DNA of 64,000 nt from Vitreimonas sp. Lineage in GTDB: Bacteria > Patescibacteriota > Microgenomatia > UBA1400 > PJMF01. The stretch spans positions 7,269 to 71,268 of the forward strand of contig DASPLQ010000012.1 in the NCBI GenBank assembly GCA_035627515.1, in the 5' to 3' direction. Shown piece after piece: positions 20,452 to 31,029 of the stretch (the first letter of the stretch is position 1; every line of letters starts with the position of its first letter). Both the position numbers and the translations under genes were made by a program. The notes under the pieces are model-generated. The model searched no databases and was not told the DNA's origin. It worked only from the letters and a program-made list of their open reading frames with translations.

Positions 20452-21483
20452 ATGTTACTGCGTGAAGTTCATGAAGAAGAAAAAGCTTTGTATAACGCAG
20501 CGGTTGATCACCCGCTGCAATCATGGGAGTGGGGAGAGTTCCGTAAGAAAACAGGCCTGAAAATAGAACGCGTGGGCTTATTTGATAACAACAAACTCCA
20601 AAAAGGTCTCCAAGTTACATTCCATCCTTTACCATTGATTGGTCAAAATGTGGGCTATTATCCTCGCGGCTTTATGCCTGATGAAGAGCAGCTGGCTGTT
20701 TTAAAACAACTTGGCAAAAAAAACAACGCTTTATTTGTCAAAATGGAGCCCAATATTGCTGAAAAAGTGGGGAACCCTTCTGCTCAATATCAAATTGGGA
20801 AGTTTTTGCTGGCTAATGGTGCCGAACCGGGCCGGCCATTATTCACCAAGTATAGTTTTCAACTTGACCTGACTAAATCTGAGGATGAGTTATTAGCCAA
20901 CTTACACTCCAAAACGCGATATAACGTCAATTTAGCTCAGAAAAAAGGCGTCCAGATCTACGAAAACACCTCAGCTGAAGGCATGGAGCAGTATATCGAT
21001 GTCCTCAAAGAAACCACCAATCGACAAGGCTTTTATGCCCATGGCCCCGAGTACTTCCGTAAAATGTGGGAAGTGGTGGGATCATCAGGGATGATGCGCA
21101 TTTTTCATGGCGTGTATGAAGATCAAATTATTGTCTCATGGGTGATGTTTGTTTTTAATGGCGTGTTGTACTATCCATATGGCGCATCCCGGTCGGCTCA
21201 TCGCGATGTGATGGCCAGCAACTTGATGATGTGGGAAATGATTAAATTTGGCCAAAGCCAAGGGTGTCATCTTTTCGATATGTGGGGCTCCTTAGGGCCA
21301 GAGCCCGATCCTAAAGATCCATGGTTTGGGTTTCACCGTTTCAAAAAAGGCTACGGCGGTGACTTAGTGGAGTTTTTGGGTACCTACGACCTGGTGCTCA
21401 ACCCACCCATTTATAAAGCTTTTCGTGTGGCTGAAAATCTGCGCTGGAAGGTTTTGCGTCTTAAAACTCGCTTAGGTTTGTGA
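20452..21483 (+). CDS. FemAB/FemX-family peptidoglycan cross-bridge aminoacyltransferase
   Basis: HPLQSWEWGEFR, KTRYNV, YYPYGAS, FDMWG, FHRFKKGYGG. Confidence 0.9.
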   Translation: MLLREVHEEEKALYNAAVDHPLQSWEWGEFRKKTGLKIERVGLFDNNKLQKGLQVTFHPLPLIGQNVGYYPRGFMPDEEQLAVLKQLGKKNNALFVKMEPNIAEKVGNPSAQYQIGKFLLANGAEPGRPLFTKYSFQLDLTKSEDELLANLHSKTRYNVNLAQKKGVQIYENTSAEGMEQYIDVLKETTNRQGFYAHGPEYFRKMWEVVGSSGMMRIFHGVYEDQIIVSWVMFVFNGVLYYPYGASRSAHRDVMASNLMMWEMIKFGQSQGCHLFDMWGSLGPEPDPKDPWFGFHRFKKGYGGDLVEFLGTYDLVLNPPIYKAFRVAENLRWKVLRLKTRLGL

Positions 21484-21504
21484 CATAATCACTGAGTAGA
21501 GAAT

Positions 21505-21918
21505 ATGGAAGAGTTATTCCGCAAATTCGCCGCTCACACTTCACAAGCCGCTGGCTCCTCTCGGATGTTCATCTTGGCCTTACTAGTGATTATTGCCTGG
21601 GCCACCACCGGGCCTCTTTTTAATTTCAGTGATACCTGGCAGCTAGTGATTAATACCGGGACCACAGTGGTCACGTTTTTGATGGTTTTTTTGATTCAAA
21701 ACACCCAAAACCGTGATTCTCGAGCTAGCCATCTCAAGCTGGACGAATTAATTAAATCAGTCAAAGGCGCTCGTAATGAATTATTGAATGTAGAAGAACT
21801 TGCTGATGAAGAGCTGGAGCATCTCCAGGCTGAGTTTCGCTCACTCCAAGAGAAATACATGAAAAGTCATTTTGTGAAAAAGGGTAAATTAAAAATAATT
21901 AAGGAAGTAGTTAAGTAA
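21505..21918 (+). CDS. low-affinity iron permease (Fet4-like) family protein
   Basis: SDTWQLVINTGTTVVTFLMVFLIQNTQNRD...HLKLDELI. Confidence 0.88.
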   Translation: MEELFRKFAAHTSQAAGSSRMFILALLVIIAWATTGPLFNFSDTWQLVINTGTTVVTFLMVFLIQNTQNRDSRASHLKLDELIKSVKGARNELLNVEELADEELEHLQAEFRSLQEKYMKSHFVKKGKLKIIKEVVK

Positions 21919-21930
21919 TCCAAGGATCTT

Positions 21931-22671
21931 ATGTCTAAACCACGCTTCAAACGTATCATGTTAAAAGTTGGCGGTGAGTCGCTCATTGGCAAACGCGAGT
22001 ACGGCATCGATCCCCAAGCTGCTTTAGACGTTGCTGAACAAATTAAGTCCATTCATGACAGGGGCGTGGAAGTGGCTGTGGTCATTGGTGGCGGCAACAT
22101 CTTCCGCGGCATTGCCGGTTCCAAAAATGGTATCGAGCGGGCCACCGCTGATTACATGGGCATGTTAGCCACCGTAATGAATGCTTTAGCATTACAAGAT
22201 GCCTTAGAAAAAGTGGGCGTCGCTTCTCGCGTTCAATCTGCCTTACAAATGCCAGCTGTGGCTGAAAGCTTTATTCGCCGCCGGGCTATTCGTCACATGG
22301 AAAAAGGTCGAGTGGTCATTTTAGCCGCCGGCACTGGGGTGCCGTATGTCACCACCGATACCGGGGCGTCCCTGCATGCCTTGGAGCTTCATTGTGAAGT
22401 GCTGATGAAAGCTACCAAGGTGAATGGCATTTACGATAAAGATCCTAATAAATACGATGATGCCAAACGTTTCAAGACACTATCATTCAAAGACGCCATC
22501 GAAATGCCTGGGGTCGAAGTCATGGACACCGCAGCGCTAGCCATGTCGAGTGAAAACAGCATGGCAGTAATGGTCTTCGAGCTCTTCGAAAAAGACAACC
22601 TCGAAAAAGCTGTCATGGGCGAAGACATCGGGACTTTTGTCAGCAATGATGTTGAGACAGTGTTTGCGTAA
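21931..22671 (+). CDS. pyrH: UMP kinase
   Basis: RIMLKVGGESL, VIGGGNIFRG, ADYMGMLATVMN, TTDT, VMDTAA. Confidence 0.96.
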   Translation: MSKPRFKRIMLKVGGESLIGKREYGIDPQAALDVAEQIKSIHDRGVEVAVVIGGGNIFRGIAGSKNGIERATADYMGMLATVMNALALQDALEKVGVASRVQSALQMPAVAESFIRRRAIRHMEKGRVVILAAGTGVPYVTTDTGASLHALELHCEVLMKATKVNGIYDKDPNKYDDAKRFKTLSFKDAIEMPGVEVMDTAALAMSSENSMAVMVFELFEKDNLEKAVMGEDIGTFVSNDVETVFA

Positions 22672-22691
22672 GTGATATCTTTTTCATCTAC

Positions 22692-23483
22692 TTACACTTG
22701 TGAAAGCGAACTCGGCATAACTTCCACTATAGGTTGTGATCTATAGAGCATCCAAAGCACCAGTGCTCGATCCCATTCCCATAAACCTCCCATTGAGAGG
22801 CGAGGGCCACCATCTTTCGATCTTATACTTTCAGATAATAGAATAATGTTATCGGCAATATTCACCCCCAAATATCGCATCAACAAGATAAAGAGCAAAT
22901 CTGAAGAAAGATCTCTAAAAGTGCTGACCTCTGAAATTTTCCCTGACAATGCCTGAAGAAAATTAACTCCATATAAAACGCCGTACATACTGACATCGCC
23001 TCGTGCCATTGTGCCCATCAAATTTTTCATGCCTGCGGAAATAATTGCCTTTTTTAGCGCTTCATCAACCTCCCAAGCCCACCCAGCGGGATCAGTTATT
23101 TCCTTATTTCCAGCCACTATTCGGTGTTGGACCTCATTACGATTTAACTCAATATGCAAAGTAGGCCAGATAGCTCGCTTGCGTTGTGAAGTAATACCAG
23201 CGTATTCTAACTTATGCTCAGCAGTAGGCACTATTTCGACATGGGTTGAACTACCTACTAACTCACTTCCAATTGCTCCACTGGGAATAATCCCCACTCG
23301 AGTAGTTCTGCCCTTAAGGTTTGCTCCCACAAAAATTTGACGAAAACCAGCAATTCTTCGTAATACATTAAGATGTTTAACTCTGACACCAATTTCTTCG
23401 TTAAGTTGAAAGGGTAATAGTCCTTCATAAAAAAATATTTGGTTAGTTTTCGTGGTAGAGAGTGGTGTAAGTTCTGCTGACAT
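22692..23483 (-). CDS. hypothetical protein
   Basis: 263-aa ORF filling the pyrH-gap interval; no motif recognised. Confidence 0.65.
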   Translation of the reverse strand: MSAELTPLSTTKTNQIFFYEGLLPFQLNEEIGVRVKHLNVLRRIAGFRQIFVGANLKGRTTRVGIIPSGAIGSELVGSSTHVEIVPTAEHKLEYAGITSQRKRAIWPTLHIELNRNEVQHRIVAGNKEITDPAGWAWEVDEALKKAIISAGMKNLMGTMARGDVSMYGVLYGVNFLQALSGKISEVSTFRDLSSDLLFILLMRYLGVNIADNIILLSESIRSKDGGPRLSMGGLWEWDRALVLWMLYRSQPIVEVMPSSLSQV

Positions 23484-23610
23484 ATTTTTATATTGCGATT
23501 ATATCTTATCTATATCAAAATATATCTTTTGATAGGAAGGTCTGGTGTTTCAGTTGTGAAGTGCTCAATTTTAGACCATAATAAGGTTACAGATTTTAAG
23601 GAACATTTAT

Positions 23611-24678
23611 ATGAATGACACTCTCAAAATTTTTGGTATTAATGGCTTTGGCAGAATTGGCCGCACCGCTTTTCGTGTCTGGTGGCATAAACATGCCCAT
23701 GAGCTAGATTTAAAAGTAATTAACACATCAGGATCGATGGATATTGAGGACTGGGTACATTTGTTGAAGTATGATTCCAACTATGGCATCTTTGATGCTG
23801 ATTTAAGTTATCACAAAGAACGAACCACCAAAGAAGTGAGTGATGAAAACCCAGTACTGGGGAGCTTGATTGTTCGTGATGGCAGCAGGGGAGAGCGGAA
23901 GATTTTAATTACTGCCCAGCGCGACCCTGCCAAAATTCCTTGGGGCAGCAACGGGGTAGAGACTGTCATCGATTCAACCGGGGTGTTTATCACTCAAGAG
24001 AAAGCCAGCTTACATCTCCAAGGCGGTGCTAAAACTGTGGTTATCTCAGCTCCTCCCAAAGGCGGCAACATTGAAACTGGCATCATTGGCGTCAATCAAT
24101 TTTCGCACGATGTGACTGTCGTCTCGAATGCATCCTGTACTACTAATTGTGTGGCGCCCGTGGCTTCAATTGTGCATCATGTGTTTGGCGTCAAAAAAGC
24201 CATGATGACCACTGTCCACTCGTATACCGATGATCAAAACTTGCACGACAACTCACATAAAGATATGCGTCGCGCCCGTGCCGCCGCCCAAAACATTGTG
24301 CCTACCTCGACAGGCGCTGCCATTTCCGTGACGGAAATCATTCCCGAACTGAAAGGTATGTTCGATGGCTTAGCGATCCGTGTCCCGACTGCAGTCGGCT
24401 CACTCTCTGATATGGTCTTTGTAACAGCCAGACCTACGAGTATTGAAGAAGTTAATAAAATCTTGATCGAAGCCAGCCAGCAAGAGCAATGGCGCGGCGT
24501 GTTAGCCGTCACTGACGAGGCCATTGTTTCCAGTGACATCAAAGGCCGCCCCGAGTCATCGATTGTTGATCTGTCTCTGACCAACGTCATTGGCGGAGAT
24601 TTAGTCAAAATCGTCAGTTGGTACGATAACGAGTTTGGGTACTGCAACCGGTTGATTGAGCAAGTGGTACGAGTCTAG
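23611..24678 (+). CDS. gap: type I glyceraldehyde-3-phosphate dehydrogenase
   Basis: GINGFGRIGR, SNASCTTNC, RRARAAAQNIVP, SWYDNE. Confidence 0.97.
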   Translation: MNDTLKIFGINGFGRIGRTAFRVWWHKHAHELDLKVINTSGSMDIEDWVHLLKYDSNYGIFDADLSYHKERTTKEVSDENPVLGSLIVRDGSRGERKILITAQRDPAKIPWGSNGVETVIDSTGVFITQEKASLHLQGGAKTVVISAPPKGGNIETGIIGVNQFSHDVTVVSNASCTTNCVAPVASIVHHVFGVKKAMMTTVHSYTDDQNLHDNSHKDMRRARAAAQNIVPTSTGAAISVTEIIPELKGMFDGLAIRVPTAVGSLSDMVFVTARPTSIEEVNKILIEASQQEQWRGVLAVTDEAIVSSDIKGRPESSIVDLSLTNVIGGDLVKIVSWYDNEFGYCNRLIEQVVRV

Positions 24679-24747
24679 TGTTTGCTATTTTTTTAATAGC
24701 ACATTTTTCTTTCATGTAGGTTGAGCTGTATAATCCATGCTCAGTAC

Positions 24748-26154
24748 ATGCCAAAAATCAGTTGCCAACTTGATACTACCCTTTACCAAGCTTTTAGCGC
24801 TAAAGCTGCTCGGCTCGGCTATCCAAAATCTAAGGTCCTCCGGACTTGGTTATCAGCTGCCACTATACATTTAAATTTATCTGAAAATAAAGCGAGTGGT
24901 AAAAAAAGTCTTTACACGGTGACACTTTCGCCAGCAGAAATTACCAAACTCAAAAACCTATCCACCCAGTTTAATCTAAGTCTCACTAAAACCATTCATT
25001 TTCTCATTCTCAATAATGTCGAACTGGGTACTACTCATGCTCCAGAGTTACCACAGCACACTAATAATAATCTCAAATACTTATGGCAAAACGGACAGCT
25101 GCTCGAAATTATTCGCTTAGGCGAAAATCAGTACGAATCACTGTGTGTGCCAGACTTGCTCTATCTAGTTCAAGCCTACTCTAAAGTTGGTCGCTTTGAT
25201 AAAGGCACCTCTGTTTTAACTCATATTGACGCTCACAGACTTATTTCACCTCACTCACCGCACTATACGTCTTTTTTATCCTTAAAGGCTTCATGCTTAA
25301 TTCATTCCTCACAGGATGCCGCCGCATGCCATCAACTCCTCAACTTGGCTTTTAAAATAGCACATCAAAAACGAGATCGTCTGGGGTTAGGAATTATTCA
25401 CCGAACTTTAGGAACCGTTTATTTTTATGAGGAAAAAATTCAACTTTCGCTAAACAACTATTTGCTGTCACTCGATTATCTTGACCCCCTTGAGCATCCT
25501 CTTGAGTTTACCCATTCATTACTTCATTTAAGCCGCATTTATATCGGTCAAAAAAACATTCACTTAGCTAGTTACTATTTACAAAAAATAGCCACCATTT
25601 TAGAAACAAATCCTAATGACTGCTATAACGCCTGGTATCAACTACAGTTAAGTCGGCATTACCTTCAACTTGGGCAATATTCGGCTGTTCTTAGCACAGC
25701 TCAAAAATCAGAAGACCTTAATCTTCGCTGCGGCAGTCAGTTTGGCTTAACTCAATCCTATCGAGAAAGGGCACAAGCCTATTTATCACTGGGGCACAAG
25801 GATAATGCGCTTAATTTATTTCATCAATCGTTTCTAATTGATAAAAAACTACGGCCCAACTCCTACCATCGTTCTAACTTTTACGAACTCTATTTGCGCA
25901 TTGAAAAAAAAGATGAAACAGCGAAGAGGGAACTTTTTCATTTAGCTCACCACCAACTTAATACACAATCAATCATGCCCGACTTTCGAAAATATATTTA
26001 TTTTTCTACTGCCTATATTTTGGGCAAAGGTAAAGAAGAGCAACTAGCCGGCGCCACAGGCTTAAAACACTTACATCAAACTAGCAGCTATCCTGGCATG
26101 AACCAAGCTACGCTATCGGTACTGCAAACTGCCCAACTCCAACCTTTAGTGTAA
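24748..26154 (+). CDS. putative regulator: tandem RHH-like N-terminus plus TPR repeats
   Basis: KISCQLDTTLYQAFSAKAARLGYPKSKVLRTWL (RHH pattern); TPR-like helices; clear paralog of 35504..36925. Confidence 0.65.
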   Translation: MPKISCQLDTTLYQAFSAKAARLGYPKSKVLRTWLSAATIHLNLSENKASGKKSLYTVTLSPAEITKLKNLSTQFNLSLTKTIHFLILNNVELGTTHAPELPQHTNNNLKYLWQNGQLLEIIRLGENQYESLCVPDLLYLVQAYSKVGRFDKGTSVLTHIDAHRLISPHSPHYTSFLSLKASCLIHSSQDAAACHQLLNLAFKIAHQKRDRLGLGIIHRTLGTVYFYEEKIQLSLNNYLLSLDYLDPLEHPLEFTHSLLHLSRIYIGQKNIHLASYYLQKIATILETNPNDCYNAWYQLQLSRHYLQLGQYSAVLSTAQKSEDLNLRCGSQFGLTQSYRERAQAYLSLGHKDNALNLFHQSFLIDKKLRPNSYHRSNFYELYLRIEKKDETAKRELFHLAHHQLNTQSIMPDFRKYIYFSTAYILGKGKEEQLAGATGLKHLHQTSSYPGMNQATLSVLQTAQLQPLV

Positions 26155-26207
26155 ACAACTCTCCTCACGCTACAGTTTAGTAAAGAATCGTGAGCTATGC
26201 TGCGAGC

Positions 26208-27713
26208 ATGTTGTCACGGACATATTCCTTAATGTTGGATGGTCTTAAGCCCGTCAAAATCGAGGTTGAGATCGATAGTTATCGAGGTGTGCCAGGGCTG
26301 ACCTTAATTGGATTGACCACTAAGGCAGTTGATGAAGCCAAAGAACGTATCATGGCTGCGCTGGCCAACTGTGGTCTAAGAATGAAAAGTCGTCGCACTG
26401 TGGTTAATTTAGCACCTGCTGACTTAAAAAAAACTGGCTCCTTATTTGAACTTGCAATTGTAGTGGGTTTATTAAAAATGATGGGGGAAGTAGAAGCTTT
26501 CACCGACGATACTATCTTTTTTGGTGAACTATCTTTAGATGGCGATTTAAAGCCCATTAAAGGTGCTTTACCACTCACCCTGGCTGCTAAGAGTTTGGGG
26601 TTCAAACGAGTGATTCTGCCTGCAGAGAACGGAGCTGAAGTCTCCATTGTGTCCGGCATTGAAATTTATTGCCTTCGCCATCTGCGAGATTATTTAGCCT
26701 TAGCTAGAGGCGATGAACCTCTCCAACGACTACAACCCTCACCCTTTATCCCTATTGCTCATACTACTTTTGCGATTACTCCGCAGGATATTATTGGTCA
26801 GTATCAAGCCAAACGCGCCCTAGAAATTTCTGCCGCTGGAGGGCACAACATATTGATGATGGGCCCGCCGGGAGCCGGCAAAAGTTTGTTAGCTAAATCA
26901 CTCCTGTCAATCCTCCCACCTTTAAATGAAGCTGAAGCAATTGCTGTGACCACTATTTACTCTATCGCCGGGTTACTGAGTAGTGGCTTAATTACCCAAC
27001 GTCCTTTTCGTTCACCTCATCACACCACTTCAGCTATCGGACTCTTAGGTGGCAGCACAACTATGCGACCGGGAGAAATTTCGTTAGCGCACCGGGGAGT
27101 GTTATTTTTGGATGAAATTCCCGAATTCTCAAAAATTGCCTTGGAGTCACTACGCCAACCACTTGAAGATGGCCACATTACTATCTCCCGAGCCACTGGT
27201 ACGGCCACCTACCCGGCATCTTTTTCATTGTTGGCAGCTGCTAATCATTGTCCTTGTGGCTATTACCAAACTAATCAGGTTTGTCACTGCACACCACACG
27301 TCATTAAGTCTTATCAACAGCGCCTATCAGGTCCACTTTTAGATCGGATTGACCTTCATCTTTCGGTCAAAGCCGTGGAACTCAATCAACTTAAGCAGAG
27401 CTTTAAAATGGAAAATAGAGAAACTTTATCGGTACTCCAGCAAAAGGTTATTACAGCTCGTGAAACCCAAGCTCGTCGATATCAAAGCACACCATACACC
27501 ACAAATCATGAACTCAAAGCCAGAGATGTCACCCAGTTTTGTAAGCTGCATCCTGAAGCTTACCGACAGTTATTAGTCGCAGCTCGCCAACACCATTTCT
27601 CTGCTCGAGCTTTTCATAAAACGATAAAAGTTGCGCGAACCATTGCAGATTTAGTAGGGGAGAAGGTCATTGGTCCACCACATATTTCAGAGGCATTGCA
27701 GTATAGAAATTAA
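26208..27713 (+). CDS. comM: YifB/ComM Mg-chelatase-like AAA+ ATPase
   Basis: VNLAPADLKK, GELSLDG, GPPGAGKS, RPFRSPHHT, PGEISLAHRGVLFLDE, SGPLLDRIDL, EALQYR. Confidence 0.93.
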   Translation: MLSRTYSLMLDGLKPVKIEVEIDSYRGVPGLTLIGLTTKAVDEAKERIMAALANCGLRMKSRRTVVNLAPADLKKTGSLFELAIVVGLLKMMGEVEAFTDDTIFFGELSLDGDLKPIKGALPLTLAAKSLGFKRVILPAENGAEVSIVSGIEIYCLRHLRDYLALARGDEPLQRLQPSPFIPIAHTTFAITPQDIIGQYQAKRALEISAAGGHNILMMGPPGAGKSLLAKSLLSILPPLNEAEAIAVTTIYSIAGLLSSGLITQRPFRSPHHTTSAIGLLGGSTTMRPGEISLAHRGVLFLDEIPEFSKIALESLRQPLEDGHITISRATGTATYPASFSLLAAANHCPCGYYQTNQVCHCTPHVIKSYQQRLSGPLLDRIDLHLSVKAVELNQLKQSFKMENRETLSVLQQKVITARETQARRYQSTPYTTNHELKARDVTQFCKLHPEAYRQLLVAARQHHFSARAFHKTIKVARTIADLVGEKVIGPPHISEALQYRN

Positions 27714-28556
27714 TTAAAGTTGGGCTGCTCTAAAAAATTGTCTAACTAAATCGGCGGTTGCTTGTGGATTTTGTTGTTGAACAATCAGCGATGCCAACCT
27801 GTTCCCCAACTCCCCTGATTGAGAGATTTCCAAACCATTTTTCTCTGCCCATAAAAAGCCTGCAGCAAAGGCATCTCCGGCTCCAGTCTCATCAATTACC
27901 TCTACAGGTATAACCGGGATTTCATGAACCAAGGCATTCTTTTTTATGATTGTAGAGTTTTTACCCCTGGTTACTACTAAGACTTGTCCTGGTTTTTGTT
28001 CCGTATCACTCATATTTAAAAGATAGCCATTTGTTAATAAGTGATGATACTCTTTTTCGTTTAAAAAAAGATAATTGGCTCGGGCATTTATTTCAGATAA
28101 TCCTTGAGGATTTTGATACACCCAACTTCCTGGATTAACAGCTAATACTTGTTCATTATTTAACTGCTCAATTACTCTCAAAGAAAAACTACTTTCACAC
28201 ATTCCTAGATAAACTAATCCTGCTGAACTTAGAACGTTCTTTGAAACTGGCGATTGCTCATATTGTTCAGTCAAGCCATTGTCTATCCATTTAATTCCCT
28301 CCGTGGTTACACTACAACACGGCAAATCTTCTAAAAGTTGTGAAAAAATAAAAACATCGATTCCCATTTTCTTTAAGTAATTTTCATACTCACGGGCTTC
28401 ATTCGTGTCACTGCTCGCGGTATACAAAGCTACCTCTGATCCTAAGAAGTATGTGGCAACTGCAACATTCGGAGCACATCCACCCCAGAATTTTTCTCCT
28501 TTAATAACATCAGATACCATTGAGCCAACAGCTAATAAATCAAATTCTTTTCTCAT
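27714..28556 (-). CDS. PfkB/ribokinase-family kinase
   Basis: GGCAPNVAVA (signature 1); LFLNEKE; DETGAGDAFAAGF (signature 2). Confidence 0.9.
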   Translation of the reverse strand: MRKEFDLLAVGSMVSDVIKGEKFWGGCAPNVAVATYFLGSEVALYTASSDTNEAREYENYLKKMGIDVFIFSQLLEDLPCCSVTTEGIKWIDNGLTEQYEQSPVSKNVLSSAGLVYLGMCESSFSLRVIEQLNNEQVLAVNPGSWVYQNPQGLSEINARANYLFLNEKEYHHLLTNGYLLNMSDTEQKPGQVLVVTRGKNSTIIKKNALVHEIPVIPVEVIDETGAGDAFAAGFLWAEKNGLEISQSGELGNRLASLIVQQQNPQATADLVRQFFRAAQL

Positions 28557-28568
28557 AATTATCAGTAC

Positions 28569-30392
28569 TCAATAAAGTTCTACCATTGATTTCTCAAGTA
28601 CCTTAAAAGGTTCAAAACGAGGGTTTTGTAATTTTGCAAACAACTCTACAGTTGGAAGTAAGGGGATCTTGCTTCTGAGTTTTTTATGATTTGGAGCTTG
28701 TTCAAGTCTTCTATTAGTCACGTGCTCGTAGCACACCTGATCTCCAACCATTTTTTCTATAAAAGTATGTTGTAAAGGTTTAAGCAAAACAGGATTGTCA
28801 AAACCTCCTGAAGTCATTGAGACACCAGTGGCATAAGAAGGTGTAAACGCTGACATTACTCCTTGAACTTCGGGATAATGTGCTGCTAAATATTTAAAAG
28901 TTAAAGAAAACATGCTGCTACTAGTGTTCCCAGGTGTACCAGGTCTGCTGTAGAGTCGGGTTAGGTCATAACATTTTCTCGGATCATACCCTTTCATTAA
29001 TAACGTATTCTGCTTATAGGCACGATCTATACGATCTAAAGCTAACACTGAAAAGGGGATTTCCTCACCTTGGATAAATAAACCAAATGCTTTATCAGCT
29101 CGTGGGGTATGAATATAGTGCAAATCACCATGAAACTGTGCCCCCCAATTATTGTCAATTTCTCTAAATTCAAGTGGTATCTGCATTGAAGCACTAGTTA
29201 CACCCTCTTCCTGAATTGCCATCACCTCTCCGTTACGTTTCTGAATTACCCATCCTTGTTCAGCAAAAATTCCACTAGGAGTTAAGATTTCCTTTAAGGG
29301 CAATTCGCTTTTTGATAATCTATCTGCAATTAATAAATACTGTTCTTCAATAATTTTAGTTACTAATGATTTGTTAAGATTAAATTTTTTAACAAAATTC
29401 TCCTCTAAGCACAAGATGTTTCTCCAATTTTTATAAGCACCCATTTTATAAAGATATTCATCAAGTTCTTCACCATTTTCGAAAATTTCAGAGATTGAAA
29501 ATGTACTCAACCTAAACAGTGTTTGATACTTCAGATCCTGTTGATCGCATAATAAGTTATGATATTGAACAAAAGCTTTTACGAGAGGAGCTACTTGTTC
29601 TCGAAGATGTGACCCTAAATAATCAGTGGGCCAATTTTCTAAACCAAATTTAGGAAACAACATTATTTCATGGCGATCAATCTTATCGGCTAATGCTTCC
29701 CGACGAGATTCGTAACTAGTAAATTGAACTGCTTCACGCATAACTCCAAATCGAATTACATTAGGGTCTTTTGACCTGATAATTCGATCAGAATCGCGCA
29801 TAAATTGTGGCTTTAAGTTATCTGTGTCTGGATTAACAACAGTAATTTTTGGCCCATTAATAGATATTTGATCTGGAGATTTTTGATTGATTATTAAACC
29901 CTGACTATGATCAACAAAGTCTGTGATATAACTCAGTAATCTACCTAAAATCATGCTGTCCTCAGATAAAGTGGTAGCCATTTCCTGAACCCGACTCTGT
30001 GCTTCAAGTGTTTTGCATTCACCTATAATATCGATTCCTGAATTATTTTTATCACTTATTTTTAGCTCATTCTTTTCATTCACACTTATATCTAAAGTAT
30101 TTAATATCTGTTCACAGATTTTTCCTCGCTCTTGTTTTTTACTTTTACCTACAGGGAGCTCAATGTTATCACGATGAATAATGTAGGCTAAGCTCAAAAA
30201 AAAGTCCTCAAATAAAACAGGTGCAAAGCCGCTCTCAGCCATACTATTTTTAAGATCACTACCACTTTTTGATTTATCACCTAAGGTCAAACCAATATTT
30301 AAACTACTTAAATTATCGCGCTTGTGATCCTTTGTCATCCTTGAAAAAGTAGTTGATGGTGGTTCAACGAAGAGTTTGTTGTCTTTGTACAT
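28569..30392 (-). CDS. 607-aa protein with C-terminal Mom-like GNAT domain (putative)
   Basis: LHYIH, AFGLF, YDLTRLYS, PGNTSSSMFS and VMSAFTP...G occur in the order of Mom-family motifs; N-terminal part unassigned. Confidence 0.5.
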   Translation of the reverse strand: MYKDNKLFVEPPSTTFSRMTKDHKRDNLSSLNIGLTLGDKSKSGSDLKNSMAESGFAPVLFEDFFLSLAYIIHRDNIELPVGKSKKQERGKICEQILNTLDISVNEKNELKISDKNNSGIDIIGECKTLEAQSRVQEMATTLSEDSMILGRLLSYITDFVDHSQGLIINQKSPDQISINGPKITVVNPDTDNLKPQFMRDSDRIIRSKDPNVIRFGVMREAVQFTSYESRREALADKIDRHEIMLFPKFGLENWPTDYLGSHLREQVAPLVKAFVQYHNLLCDQQDLKYQTLFRLSTFSISEIFENGEELDEYLYKMGAYKNWRNILCLEENFVKKFNLNKSLVTKIIEEQYLLIADRLSKSELPLKEILTPSGIFAEQGWVIQKRNGEVMAIQEEGVTSASMQIPLEFREIDNNWGAQFHGDLHYIHTPRADKAFGLFIQGEEIPFSVLALDRIDRAYKQNTLLMKGYDPRKCYDLTRLYSRPGTPGNTSSSMFSLTFKYLAAHYPEVQGVMSAFTPSYATGVSMTSGGFDNPVLLKPLQHTFIEKMVGDQVCYEHVTNRRLEQAPNHKKLRSKIPLLPTVELFAKLQNPRFEPFKVLEKSMVELY

Positions 30393-30398
30393 ATATCT

Positions 30399-31028
30399 TT
30401 ACCTCAAATAAGTGTTAGTTTCTTCCGCGATGACAGAGACCGAACGATCTGTAAAAGCAGGGTCGTTATTAATTACTATTAGTCCCAAACCTAAGCTTTG
30501 TGCTAAACCATAAGTCATCAAGTAAGCTAAATTTTGATGCATCTGAATTTGATCTAAGGTTTCAGTCGGCCTTTGTCGCCTGCTATTTTCAGCTTGACGC
30601 CATGCTTGAATTAATTCAGGCGCACTCCTAACAAAAATATACTCGTGAGGATTAATTATTTTTTCATTACCAGGGTTAAGTTGCATTTTCCCTTTGGTGA
30701 AAAAAGCGACATGAGCTAAATTTAGTGCCGGTTGTAAAGCCAGGAGACTCGCAATTGCCATTGAGACACTATCATCAATTTCCTCCGATGATAAATTTTT
30801 CATCGCGTCACGATTGTCAATTTTTGTAGCTGATGGAGCTGCTGTCAGAAAATTAAAAAGCTCAGTTCCAAAGTTAAAGATAGTTACCTCATCAAACCAT
30901 GTGTTCTTATAATGAGTCAGGGCTTGACCTACTAAATAGTCTTTGCCTGAACCTGATACACCTGTGACAGTGATTATGTTATTTTTCTTAGTTGTTGATG
31001 GCTTAAGAATTCGCTCAACTGTAGACAT
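30399..31028 (-). CDS. archaeal-type adenylate kinase-like P-loop nucleotide kinase
   Basis: VTGVSGSGKD, NFGTELF, RDAMKNL, R..E....I..HQ and IVINN match the AdkA pattern; start placed at MSTVER. Confidence 0.7.
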   Translation of the reverse strand: MSTVERILKPSTTKKNNIITVTGVSGSGKDYLVGQALTHYKNTWFDEVTIFNFGTELFNFLTAAPSATKIDNRDAMKNLSSEEIDDSVSMAIASLLALQPALNLAHVAFFTKGKMQLNPGNEKIINPHEYIFVRSAPELIQAWRQAENSRRQRPTETLDQIQMHQNLAYLMTYGLAQSLGLGLIVINNDPAFTDRSVSVIAEETNTYLR

Positions 31029-31029
31029 A

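Noticed and set aside
26208-27713. comM disrupted by island integration
   Set aside because: The ORF is intact to EALQYR; the island abuts it, and no recombinase or att repeat was found
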